Assembly (NCBI GenBank): GCA_017622175.1
Contig: JAGARQ010000027.1
Location: 6,416-70,415 of the forward strand
Origin: Bacilli bacterium
Lineage (GTDB): Bacteria; Bacillota_I; Bacilli_A; RF39; UBA660
Reading direction: 5' to 3'
Length of the DNA: 64,000 bases
Shown here: one piece after another, positions 9,301 through 17,104 of the stretch
How positions within the stretch are numbered: the stretch's first letter is position 1
Layout: each line of letters begins with the position of its first letter
Program-made: the position numbers and the translations under genes
The notes under the pieces: model-generated
What the model saw: only the letters and a program-made list of their open reading frames with translations
What the model was told of the DNA's origin: nothing
The model's database searches: none

Positions 9301-10011
9301 ATCAGTGGTTCCAACAATATCTCCATCGATAAATACATCTTTAATAGTTGAGTTTGATATTGATGTAGCAAGTGATGCTGTTGTTGAACCACCATATATT
9401 AAAATATTTTCTAGATATAGGTTTTCTACTGTACCTTTTAAGTTGTTAAATAAAGCAAGTTCACTACTATTTTCATCTGTTATATAAAGTCCATAAATTG
9501 AATAATAGTTTCCATTGAAATGACCCTTGAAATTGTTTAGGGTATTAAATTTATTAATATTGGCTGTTTTTTCTCCAGATAAATCACTATTTTGATATAT
9601 CTCTGTTGTATACTCTTTTAAATAAAATTTTGTTTTTTCTACTGTATAAAGTAAATTGTCTTTTGTATATTCTAATGTACCATTATTAATAATAATGTCA
9701 TTTGCTAATTCGAAATAAGTATTTTCATAAGAAGTTTCATGTAACATTTTTTCAAAATATGCTAGTTCTTTAGCATTAGAAATAATATATGGATCTGATG
9801 ATGTTCCCGAACCATTACGATAAGATGAAGCTACTGTTCCATCCCAATTATTTTCATCACTTAATAAAGCATTAATATCAATTCTATTCTTATATCTAGA
9901 TAATGTTGGTATAGCTATTGCAACTGCTAAAACTATTACAGACAAAATAGCAATATATCTTGATTTAGGAATCATTTTAAGTTTTGATATTAGTTTTTTT
10001 AGTTTTGTCAT
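6337..10011 (-). CDS. 1224-aa N-terminally anchored surface protein, GLUG/beta-helix-like N-terminal region plus Ig-like repeats
   Basis: The TM anchor is YIAILSVIVLAVAIAIPTL. GSGTSSDPYIISNAKELAYFEKM...YFELANDIII is typical of beta-helix adhesin N-termini. GLUG-like motifs are present (ESAGIVANATN, YASGLIGTIAGT). Confidence 0.55.
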   Translation of the reverse strand: MTKLKKLISKLKMIPKSRYIAILSVIVLAVAIAIPTLSRYKNRIDINALLSDENNWDGTVASSYRNGSGTSSDPYIISNAKELAYFEKMLHETSYENTYFELANDIIINNGTLEYTKDNLLYTVEKTKFYLKEYTTEIYQNSDLSGEKTANINKFNTLNNFKGHFNGNYYSIYGLYITDENSSELALFNNLKGTVENLYLENILIYGGSTTASLATSISNSTIKDVFIDGDIVGTTDKVKETEILTLEDTTYNKTETELEETLTLPVSTKTPVSVKLTGTYETTSENQRIIINDQEITSGEFTINLNNTLPESLSVKVTDELSSTITLKNLKYHITTEYDTYAVTAGVVAKASSSTLTNIINKSNVYGTNESAGIVANATNTDLTNSYNIGHIEAVKYASGLIGTIAGTTEITNIDKTYNSGTLEAVVTNSFINKISNNSKVNFTNSFSTTKAMYSINEIKNTEVEVNNILDASPIAVIEGEITTGEITVNAENEDFNHDDLKETFGFKEYIDSEDLKENKDNLWVYEEGYNPILYFDDLNNPIATLYVGTYSWNNLGYELRNLYIKNQVGFRIVSNDELNTFTAYYHIHKGTGLKTREEVGQITDWTLYENMVKIEEEGNYTVYVKIVDKNDQITYINSERLVIDLNEPVVKISMNDETWSTLKETPSNINILEKVTLNVEATGGYADVTSTKYYISNETLTEENLKNLDGTKWQDYTSPIEITECGNYIVYVRVTDAADRVKYVSTDNLVFGGYTEEISFSEQKVDSNEANITSKSSLTYNFKYTEERTYQDKDTNNFVTNMLLPVNTIITLFDNTTKEVFKYKVTSTEDLYNYESSCTEENCEKYATYPLNKFVKVGQTDTTKVFNDAEYTARKDKDLSIKVDFSKTEITEKISLKAYLELRNSANESVVSTLKDSIKTVNIYPNQDMEIKINNLSGDKIIYYNSDSETEISLETFISNKLAENKEIYDTTKTNKKLGIAISLIDKDQNIVSKEHLKNIAFKIGDNLYSPDNDGITRINIAENTNKTAIALKITTYLSNTKLDLGDYNFQITPFIASDGKYTSSISSNNILIPVKVTNKQETNYGFNTLITVIDEENVEHEFTSVISKTKENGEEITEIPTTKLKIRMLDTTNLKDKSIKVSLYKRATVISTDQTYELIDLKDYVNGNLNPAGEMLYSLTEESTIIELNNKKFANNGYELRFELFDGDRKITTIKKKFITK

Positions 10012-10046
10012 AACATCTCATCCTTTACTTCTATCCTATATTCATA

Positions 10047-10080
10047 ATTGTAACATATATAGACATTTTTTGCACTAAAA
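10047..10080 (-). promoter_or_regulatory. Possible promoter (extended -10) for transcription unit 2
   Basis: The minus strand has TGTTACAAT about 35 nt upstream of the 1224-aa start. The -35 is poor (GTGCAA). Confidence 0.35.
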
Positions 10081-10090
10081 AACATACAAA

Positions 10091-10116
10091 AAACTAATGA
10101 TTTTACTCATTAGTTT
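10091..10116 (-). terminator. Terminator ending transcription unit 1
   Basis: A perfect 10-bp stem AAACTAATGA/TCATTAGTTT with a 6-nt loop, followed by a T-rich tract on the minus strand. The stop codon of the 544-aa gene lies in the loop. Confidence 0.55.
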
Positions 10117-11737
10117 TTTCATTTTCTAGTTTGTATTTGTTTACTTTTGTAATAAACCAAATCTTTTCAATAGATGTAGAACTATTATCTATTTTATGTG
10201 TTCTCAAGATAATATTTATTTTGTTTAGTAGAGGTTTTAAATTATCCTCAATTAAATCTTCTTCTTCAATGTGAATATTACTTAATCTATATTTATTAGC
10301 AATTATTCTTGGTAAATTTGAATCTTGGAATACTGCTACTCCATTGATAATCACATTCGTTGGATTCATTGCATATAGGTCAAAGTTTTCACTATATTTA
10401 ATTACATCCTCATATGTAGTTAATCTATATACCTTTTGAATTGCAATCTTTTTGAAATAATCAAAACTATAATATAAATTTAGTAAATCTGAAATAGACA
10501 TTGTACCAGATAGTACTTGCATTACTTCATCATTGAAATATTCTTCATCATATTTCTTATATAACTCATATAACTCTTTAGCTTTAATTACAGTTTCCAT
10601 TTTAAGATTTTTAAGTTCAACATCACTTTGAACTTTAAATAATCTTGGTTTATTTGAATATATTCTTTTATTAAGTTTTGAAAGCTCTTCTTCTTTTTTA
10701 TCAATTTGTACTTCGATATCTTTAAAACTCTTATGGTTTGTTTTTTTAGTTGATAAAGTACTTACTATTTTTTCATATTTAGATTTAAAATCTTTAAATA
10801 ATGCTGAAAATTCATAGTAATTTGTAAGTTCACTAATATTTAGTTTAAACTTTTCTAAAGCATCACAAATATTATTCATTTTATCTTTATCATCTAAGTT
10901 AAATGAATCTGCAATTAAAGATTGATATGCTTGAGTTCTAACTTTACTAGATTCTAAGTATTGTTCTATATCAATTGCTCCACTTTTTGATAATTCAATT
11001 ATGTCAGCAATTGTTTCTTTTTGACGCATGTTAAGTTCAATATATGCTTCTTGTAATTCTTCAATGCTTTCAGCATAACTTTTAACATTAGTTTTAGCCA
11101 TTTCTTCTCTTTGTAATGAAGAAATGTAGGCATTAAGTTTCTTTTGATTTTTTCTAATTAGTTTTCTGAAGTTTAATTCAATATGTTGAATTATTTCAGG
11201 ATTTAACCAATATATTTGTTCAAATATTTGAGAAACTTTTGTATAGTCTTTGTCTTTGTTATGACGTACATCTAAGAATGCAGACATATATTCATGAACA
11301 TAACATGTATAGTCAAAATCATCACAGTTTAAGTGAATTCCTGCTTGATCGAACTTATCTAAAAATCCATTAATAATAACATTTAAAGATTTAAAGTTTA
11401 ATGTATAGTAATTATTTATTTGATATATAAGGGTATCAAAACCCATTTTTTCTAGATATGTATTTGAGGGATTTAGAAGAAATTTTACACGTTCTAAGCT
11501 AACTACTTTTTCTTTTATTTTATTGATATCTTCACCTTTATCTACTTTAGATAAAGCTGCAGCTTTTACTGACATATATTTAAATAATTTATCTTTATAA
11601 TCTTGATATTTCTTTGTATATTCAGTAATTGTATCATTAAATTTTTTCTTGTTAGCTTTAGTTTTTGTAGGCATAGATTGAATATTTTCTTTTTTTCCTT
11701 CTATGTCTTTATTTATGAATTCTAAAAAATTATTCAT
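10103..11737 (-). CDS. 544-aa predicted cytoplasmic, largely helical protein of unknown function
   Basis: A long ORF with no signal peptide or TM, rich in K/E/N. Its start overlaps the preceding 50-aa ORF by 8 nt. Confidence 0.6.
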   Translation of the reverse strand: MNNFLEFINKDIEGKKENIQSMPTKTKANKKKFNDTITEYTKKYQDYKDKLFKYMSVKAAALSKVDKGEDINKIKEKVVSLERVKFLLNPSNTYLEKMGFDTLIYQINNYYTLNFKSLNVIINGFLDKFDQAGIHLNCDDFDYTCYVHEYMSAFLDVRHNKDKDYTKVSQIFEQIYWLNPEIIQHIELNFRKLIRKNQKKLNAYISSLQREEMAKTNVKSYAESIEELQEAYIELNMRQKETIADIIELSKSGAIDIEQYLESSKVRTQAYQSLIADSFNLDDKDKMNNICDALEKFKLNISELTNYYEFSALFKDFKSKYEKIVSTLSTKKTNHKSFKDIEVQIDKKEEELSKLNKRIYSNKPRLFKVQSDVELKNLKMETVIKAKELYELYKKYDEEYFNDEVMQVLSGTMSISDLLNLYYSFDYFKKIAIQKVYRLTTYEDVIKYSENFDLYAMNPTNVIINGVAVFQDSNLPRIIANKYRLSNIHIEEEDLIEDNLKPLLNKINIILRTHKIDNSSTSIEKIWFITKVNKYKLENEKTNE

Positions 11738-11882
11738 CGTCTTTACCCTTTTCTTCTGTTTCTAATTTACTCTCTTCTAAAAAATCTAAGAAAATTTCTA
11801 TATTTTCATATACTTCTACTAATTCTTCTAATGTTAATGTGGATAGATCAAAATTAATTTTATTTTCTTCTGTCACCTGCAT
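11730..11882 (-). CDS. 50-aa highly acidic peptide
   Basis: The start is reset to the ATG at 11880-11882 (GAGGGGA RBS 7 nt upstream). The product is MQVTEENKINFDLSTLTLEELVEVYENIEIFLDFLEESKLETEEKGKDDE. It is translationally coupled to the next gene. The track's longer version would overlap the upstream gene. Confidence 0.5.
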   Translation of the reverse strand: MQVTEENKINFDLSTLTLEELVEVYENIEIFLDFLEESKLETEEKGKDDE

Positions 11883-11901
11883 CACCATTCCCCTCGTTGT
11901 A

Positions 11902-13059
11902 TTATTCATTAAAAGCATCCCATCCAGCTGTATCTTTAGTAAAGTCAATTCCGATTTCTACTTCTGCTCCTTCTGAGTCAGTTTCTAAGCTATCGACATC
12001 TTGACCTTCTATCCAGACATAGATTCTTGCTTTTGTTATACCATTTGGTATTTCAAATATAGCCCTATCAAAGTCATTTTCATCTCTTGTTTCTTGTAAT
12101 TTATAGTATTCAGTATTAAGAGATGGACCTGGTATTGATTCTTTTACATATATTTTTGAACCAGCTTTTTTTGAAGCATAAGTTGGGAATTTTATTCCAT
12201 CAATAAGTTCAATATCATGTTTTGCAGCTCTTTCTATAGATAAGTCTGTATGATTCTTACTATTTGGTTCAAATATAATTTGTTGACAATTGTTATTACA
12301 ACTTACATTTTGTATTTCATTAACTGATGCATTTAGATTTACACTTCCAATTCTTACGATACCAATTCTAAATGAATTTACTAATCCAAGCATTTCTTCA
12401 CTAATATTTTCATCAATTGCTTGAATTATGGTTGTATCTTGTAAGTATAAATTATCACTTTCTGGTGATCCAGTATCATTTTTAATGAATAAGTCGAATG
12501 CAAGATATGAGTTATATTCTCTAGGAGCACTTTCTTTCGCAATTCTTGTTCTTAAAAAACCATTAAGTCTTTCTCGATCATGTCTTGTATACATTACTCC
12601 GCTTGTCTCATACATATTAAATTTTGGGGTATTACTATTAGGAATTCCACTACTTGAAACGGGAATAAATCCATTTGCAGCCCATTGATTTGTATGATTT
12701 GGATATAATTCATATAAATCATCAATTATAGTATTTTTTGTAATTTCAAGATTATGCTCGAAATTTACACCATCAAATGAAATTGATAAATCACTATTTT
12801 TTTCAATTACCATTCTAAATGTTTTAATTTTAACATTTAAGTTGGTTGAAAACCATGCATATGTTGAAAATATTAGTAATATACCAAGTAATAATATAAC
12901 TATTGTTGTTAGTTTTTTATTAATTTTTCTTGGTACAAATTCTTCTGAAACTTGCATTACTTTTTTATTTTTTATGCTTGTTTTCTTATTCTTTTTGGGG
13001 TGTTTTTGTGTGCTAGTTTTAGTTGTCTTGGTTGTCTTTTTAGTTGTTTTTTTTGTCAC
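11902..13059 (-). CDS. TasA-like paralogue C (385 aa) with a SipW-cognate-type signal anchor
   Basis: GTG start with an AAGGTGG RBS and a K/T-rich N-terminal tail. Shared family blocks are LLIFSTYAWFSTNLNV, SYLAFDLFIKNDTG and RIYVWIEGQDVDS. Confidence 0.6.
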   Translation of the reverse strand: MTKKTTKKTTKTTKTSTQKHPKKNKKTSIKNKKVMQVSEEFVPRKINKKLTTIVILLLGILLIFSTYAWFSTNLNVKIKTFRMVIEKNSDLSISFDGVNFEHNLEITKNTIIDDLYELYPNHTNQWAANGFIPVSSSGIPNSNTPKFNMYETSGVMYTRHDRERLNGFLRTRIAKESAPREYNSYLAFDLFIKNDTGSPESDNLYLQDTTIIQAIDENISEEMLGLVNSFRIGIVRIGSVNLNASVNEIQNVSCNNNCQQIIFEPNSKNHTDLSIERAAKHDIELIDGIKFPTYASKKAGSKIYVKESIPGPSLNTEYYKLQETRDENDFDRAIFEIPNGITKARIYVWIEGQDVDSLETDSEGAEVEIGIDFTKDTAGWDAFNE

Positions 13060-13087
13060 TTAGACACCACCTTTTTATACAAATAAG

Positions 13088-13126
13088 GGTAACACCCCAA
13101 CACTAGTTGGTGTGGGAAGTGTTACC
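13088..13126 (-). terminator. GC-rich intra-operon hairpin (attenuator or 3'-end stabiliser) after the 519-aa paralogue
   Basis: GGTAACAC (13088-13095) pairs with GTGTTACC (13119-13126), with further inner C/G pairs. T-rich tracts lie on both sides. This is the most GC-rich local structure in the locus. Confidence 0.5.
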
Positions 13127-13159
13127 TCTTTTATTTGTTATGTTAATTATTTATTCTGC

Positions 13160-14719
13160 TTATGCAGCAGCTTCAAATTTCCATTTACCGTCAGCAAAAG
13201 ATGCTTTCATATTACCATCTTTAGATGATGTGAATGTAAATTCTGTTACATTATCTTCTTTTACGAAGTAGAATGCTTTAGTTTCTGCATCCCATACGAT
13301 GTTTTTACTTGCTGGAGCTGTAGTAACTACATTAGTAATTTCAGCACCGTCAGTTGGAGCGTAAGCAACTTTTTGAGTTCCTTCAGCACCTGGGATTAGA
13401 GATACTGGTTCATCAGTATAATCTTCATTTGTATATCTTTCTTTAGTGAATCCGAAGTTAACTTGAATTGCTTTTCCTAATTGAGCAAAGTCATAGTTAT
13501 CAACATCTTGTCCTTCGATATATACATAAACTCTTACTTTAGTAATACTATTTGGAGCTAATGTCATGAATACGTTACGAGCAGCACCTTTTACATCTCT
13601 TTCAGTTTCAGTGAATGTATCAACTGCTACTAATTTATATGTATCGTCATCATCTTCTCCTAATGGACCATTTGCTTTAGCTGCTAAATATTTATCATAT
13701 GTCATATTTTCAGCTGCACCAGTAGTTCCTGTTGGTTCTACAGTGTTTGCTTTATATTTGTTATATGATAATCCATCATATACATCTACATAATCATCGA
13801 TATTAATTTCTCTTGAAATTGCATATGTTGGTAAATAACTACCATTTGTAACTGTGTTACAACGTGCAGATTCTGATTTTTCTGTATAAGTGAACTTAGT
13901 TCCTGTTGTTCTTAAAGCACATGATTCATCATACCATTTAATTGCATTAGAGATATGATCTTTATCATTTGGTTCCCAGATAGTTGCAGTTCTTGTACAA
14001 ATACCTGTTACTGCTCCAGCTGTTGAACAAGTAATTCCTGTTACTGTTGATACTGGATTTGTATCATCACCTGTTTTGTATTCTTTGTTTTCAACACGTC
14101 CGATTTGCGCAAATGCTACACGAACTGAGTTTTCAATACCTGTATTTTGTGTTCCAGATGTTCCTACTGTTACATCTGAATCATAAGTTAAGTAAATTGC
14201 TTCTTCATTTTCTGGATTATAATTTGTATAATATTTTTCTCCGGACATATTTCTAATGAATAAGTCGAAAGCTAAATATCCATCAGCTTCTGCAGTTGCA
14301 CTATTATTAACTTTACTAGCTAATAATCTGTATCCACCAGCAGTTGCTGTTAAACTTCCTTTTTCGAATAAAGTTAATTTATTCTTTGTTGAATCAATAT
14401 CACCAACAGTTGACATTGGAATTAATCCTTTACCACCTGCTGCTAAATATGCTTCTGAATCCCTTGTTGTTAACCATTGGTTTTGGTTGTTTGCATATTG
14501 TGGTGCTGTTACTGTATCTAATTCTGTTGTCCATGTTTCACCATCTAGTGATAACATTAGACCTTCAGTAGTAGCAATTTTAACTTCGAATGAGTTAACT
14601 CTAACTGTTTGCATACCAATGAACCATGCATAAGTTGAAACAGTTAATAAGATTGCTGTTAGAACACAAACAAACACTAAATTTCTAATTTTTTTAGTAC
14701 GTTTATTATTTCTTTTCAT
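13160..14719 (-). CDS. TasA-like paralogue B (519 aa), candidate major subunit
   Basis: Family blocks are LLTVSTYAWFIGMQTVRVNSFEVKIA, GYLAFDLFIRNMSGE, TGIENSVRVAFAQ, IWEPNDK and VRVYVYIEGQDVDNYDF. The C-terminal ~90 aa are divergent. Confidence 0.6.
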   Translation of the reverse strand: MKRNNKRTKKIRNLVFVCVLTAILLTVSTYAWFIGMQTVRVNSFEVKIATTEGLMLSLDGETWTTELDTVTAPQYANNQNQWLTTRDSEAYLAAGGKGLIPMSTVGDIDSTKNKLTLFEKGSLTATAGGYRLLASKVNNSATAEADGYLAFDLFIRNMSGEKYYTNYNPENEEAIYLTYDSDVTVGTSGTQNTGIENSVRVAFAQIGRVENKEYKTGDDTNPVSTVTGITCSTAGAVTGICTRTATIWEPNDKDHISNAIKWYDESCALRTTGTKFTYTEKSESARCNTVTNGSYLPTYAISREINIDDYVDVYDGLSYNKYKANTVEPTGTTGAAENMTYDKYLAAKANGPLGEDDDDTYKLVAVDTFTETERDVKGAARNVFMTLAPNSITKVRVYVYIEGQDVDNYDFAQLGKAIQVNFGFTKERYTNEDYTDEPVSLIPGAEGTQKVAYAPTDGAEITNVVTTAPASKNIVWDAETKAFYFVKEDNVTEFTFTSSKDGNMKASFADGKWKFEAAA

Positions 14720-14754
14720 ACTTTTCCTCCGTTTATTTTTTTAAGTATGTCATA

Positions 14755-16197
14755 CTAAGCTGTTTTTTTAGCCCAATCAATTGTTCCATCTTGAGAAATT
14801 GTTGGTTCAAATGTTACATCTACATTATTATCTTTAAATGTGAATGCTGTTCTGATTGTTCTTGGAATTTGTAAATATTTAGCTGTACCAGCATCAATAT
14901 ATTTTACTCCTGTTGGTAAAGTATCTTCATCAATATCTGTTGCTTCATAAGCTACACGATAATTTCTGTATAGATCTTCAACTAATTCTGGATTATCATC
15001 ATAACCAAAGTCTTCAGCATAGAATCTTTCTTTAGTGAATCCAAAGTTAACTGTGATTTGTTTTCCAAGTGAAGCGAAATCATAGTTATCAACGTCTTGT
15101 CCTTCAATATATACATATACTCTTACTTTAGTAATACTATTTGGAGCTAATGTCATAAATTCTGGACGAGATGAACCAGTATAATTCTTTTCTGTATCTG
15201 TGATTGTATCTACATTATATAGATAATTATCTACACCAACGTTTCCACTGTATCCGTTGTAATCTGTACCATCATATACATCTACATCTTGTGCTTTTCC
15301 AGTTTCTGGAATAACCTTATTTACTGCATATGTTTCATAAGCAGTTCCATCTTCAACGTCTTCACAAGAACCTTTTGCACTCCATGTAGTTCCGTCTGTT
15401 CTAGCTCCACATGATTTGTCATACCAACTAATTGCATTTGCAACGTGTTTAGTATCATTTGGTTCCCAAATTGTTGCATCTCTACAAATACCAGTTACAA
15501 TTTTATCTGTTGAACCTTCTTTTGTAGTATCAGAACATGTGATTCCTTGGATTGTTCCAGTTTCTGAATCTGATTTAACACGTCCTACTTGTGCGAATGC
15601 TACACGAACTGAGTTTTCAATTCCTGTATCTGCAACTCCTGAAGTTGATACAGAAACGTTTGAATCAACTGTTAAGTAGATTGCTTCTTCATTTTCTTGG
15701 TTATTTGTTGGATAGTAAGCTTCTCCTGATAAGTTTTTAACGAATAAGTCAAATACTACGTATCCGTCAGCTTCTTTTCCATCTGTTCTTGTTGTATTAT
15801 TTAATACTTCTGATAATAATCTGTACCCACCTGCTGATGCAGTAAGACTACTTTTTTCATAAATAATCATTCTACTGTGAGTTGTATTCATTTTTCCAAC
15901 AGTAGAGATTGGTTGTAGGTCTGTCCACTTATTAGTGTGATTTGTATATTTTTCTGCAATGTCATCTAATACATCTGCATTGATTGTTACGTTATCTGAG
16001 AATGAATCTTTTTCACCTGTTACAGATAAAGCTAATCCATCAGCAGCAGCAATCTTAACTTCGAATGCATTAACACTAACTGTTTGCATACCAATAAACC
16101 ATGCGTAAGTTGATACTGTTAAAATGATTGCACTAAGCATACATATAACAATTAACTTTTTAACGCGTTTTTCATGTTTTTGATTTCTTTTTGCCAT
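14755..16197 (-). CDS. TasA-like paralogue A (480 aa)
   Basis: It carries the same motif set as paralogue B (ILTVSTYAWFIGMQTVSVNAFEVKIA, GYVVFDLFVKNLSGE, VRVYVYIEGQDVDNYDF), with a different C-terminal tail. Confidence 0.6.
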   Translation of the reverse strand: MAKRNQKHEKRVKKLIVICMLSAIILTVSTYAWFIGMQTVSVNAFEVKIAAADGLALSVTGEKDSFSDNVTINADVLDDIAEKYTNHTNKWTDLQPISTVGKMNTTHSRMIIYEKSSLTASAGGYRLLSEVLNNTTRTDGKEADGYVVFDLFVKNLSGEAYYPTNNQENEEAIYLTVDSNVSVSTSGVADTGIENSVRVAFAQVGRVKSDSETGTIQGITCSDTTKEGSTDKIVTGICRDATIWEPNDTKHVANAISWYDKSCGARTDGTTWSAKGSCEDVEDGTAYETYAVNKVIPETGKAQDVDVYDGTDYNGYSGNVGVDNYLYNVDTITDTEKNYTGSSRPEFMTLAPNSITKVRVYVYIEGQDVDNYDFASLGKQITVNFGFTKERFYAEDFGYDDNPELVEDLYRNYRVAYEATDIDEDTLPTGVKYIDAGTAKYLQIPRTIRTAFTFKDNNVDVTFEPTISQDGTIDWAKKTA

Positions 16198-16213
16198 AAT
16201 GTCTTTTCTCCTT

Positions 16214-16906
16214 CTATTTTTCTTCTACGTGTTCTGAGTAGAATTGCATTTCGACTTTGAATTCTCCGCCAAGGATATTATCAGTACACTCAGGATCTGC
16301 ACCTTCTATCCAAAGTACAAGAGTGTACTCGTGGATTTCTCCTGGCTTAAAATTCTCGGTATGTTCAAGTACTATAGTTTGTTCATCTTGGAAAGGAACT
16401 GTATTTTTTTCAGCCTGTCCATTAGCACCTAACTTAGCATATGTAACATACTCTCCGTCTTTGTAAATTCTAACTCTCACAGCATCATCGACGTTTTTGA
16501 TTGCATCGGTGATGATTACTTCGTTCCAATAATCAGATACATCAGTTCCGGTGTTCTCTACATAAAATGTATAGGCTAAGTAGTTGTCCCCATTATGAGA
16601 ACCACCACCTTGTTTGTCGATGTTTTCTGGCAACCACTTGTGTGATACGTTATCGAAAGTTGCCGGAGCCTCCGCAAACAATTCATTCCTGTACACCTTA
16701 TACGTTGGATCATCGTAAATGATTAATCCGTCATCGAAGTACAAATTCTTATCTAGCGTGATGCTAAAATTTCCTCTACTATAAATAATACCGATTGTGT
16801 AATAAAGAATTAAAAGGATTAGGAAAATAAATAATAGAATTAAGAATAAAATCTTTTTTATTCTCTTTTCGAGCATAAATCTTTTTACGTCTTTTTTATT
16901 CTGCAT
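16214..16906 (-). CDS. Short membrane-anchored paralogue D (230 aa) of the same family
   Basis: An N-terminal TM without the YAWF junction. It retains NYLAYTFYVENTGTD and YTLVLWIEGADPECTDN, equivalents of the two family blocks. Confidence 0.5.
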   Translation of the reverse strand: MQNKKDVKRFMLEKRIKKILFLILLFIFLILLILYYTIGIIYSRGNFSITLDKNLYFDDGLIIYDDPTYKVYRNELFAEAPATFDNVSHKWLPENIDKQGGGSHNGDNYLAYTFYVENTGTDVSDYWNEVIITDAIKNVDDAVRVRIYKDGEYVTYAKLGANGQAEKNTVPFQDEQTIVLEHTENFKPGEIHEYTLVLWIEGADPECTDNILGGEFKVEMQFYSEHVEEK

Positions 16907-16974
16907 ATTCCATCAACCTTACCTTTATCCTCTCATACTATACTACACTACCATATTCTTTATAATACAATATA

Positions 16975-17002
16975 ATTATAACATTTCGACATTTTTTGTC
17001 AA
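16975..17002 (-). promoter_or_regulatory. Near-consensus sigma-A promoter for transcription unit 1
   Basis: The minus strand reads TTGACA, a 16-nt spacer, then TGTTATAAT (extended -10), about 70 nt upstream of the first paralogue. Confidence 0.65.
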
Positions 17003-17073
17003 TATTCTCAGGTCATTAAAAGTGACATTTTTTGTTTTTATTTTTTCTTTACATTCTTTTACACATTGATATA

Positions 17074-17104
17074 CAAACAAAAAAATCCATTAGACAATGG
17101 ATTT
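17074..17104 (-). terminator. Terminator of the APH-kinase/ABC unit
   Basis: AAATCCATT-GTCT-AATGGATTT followed by T7 on the minus strand. It overlaps the stop codon. Confidence 0.65.
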
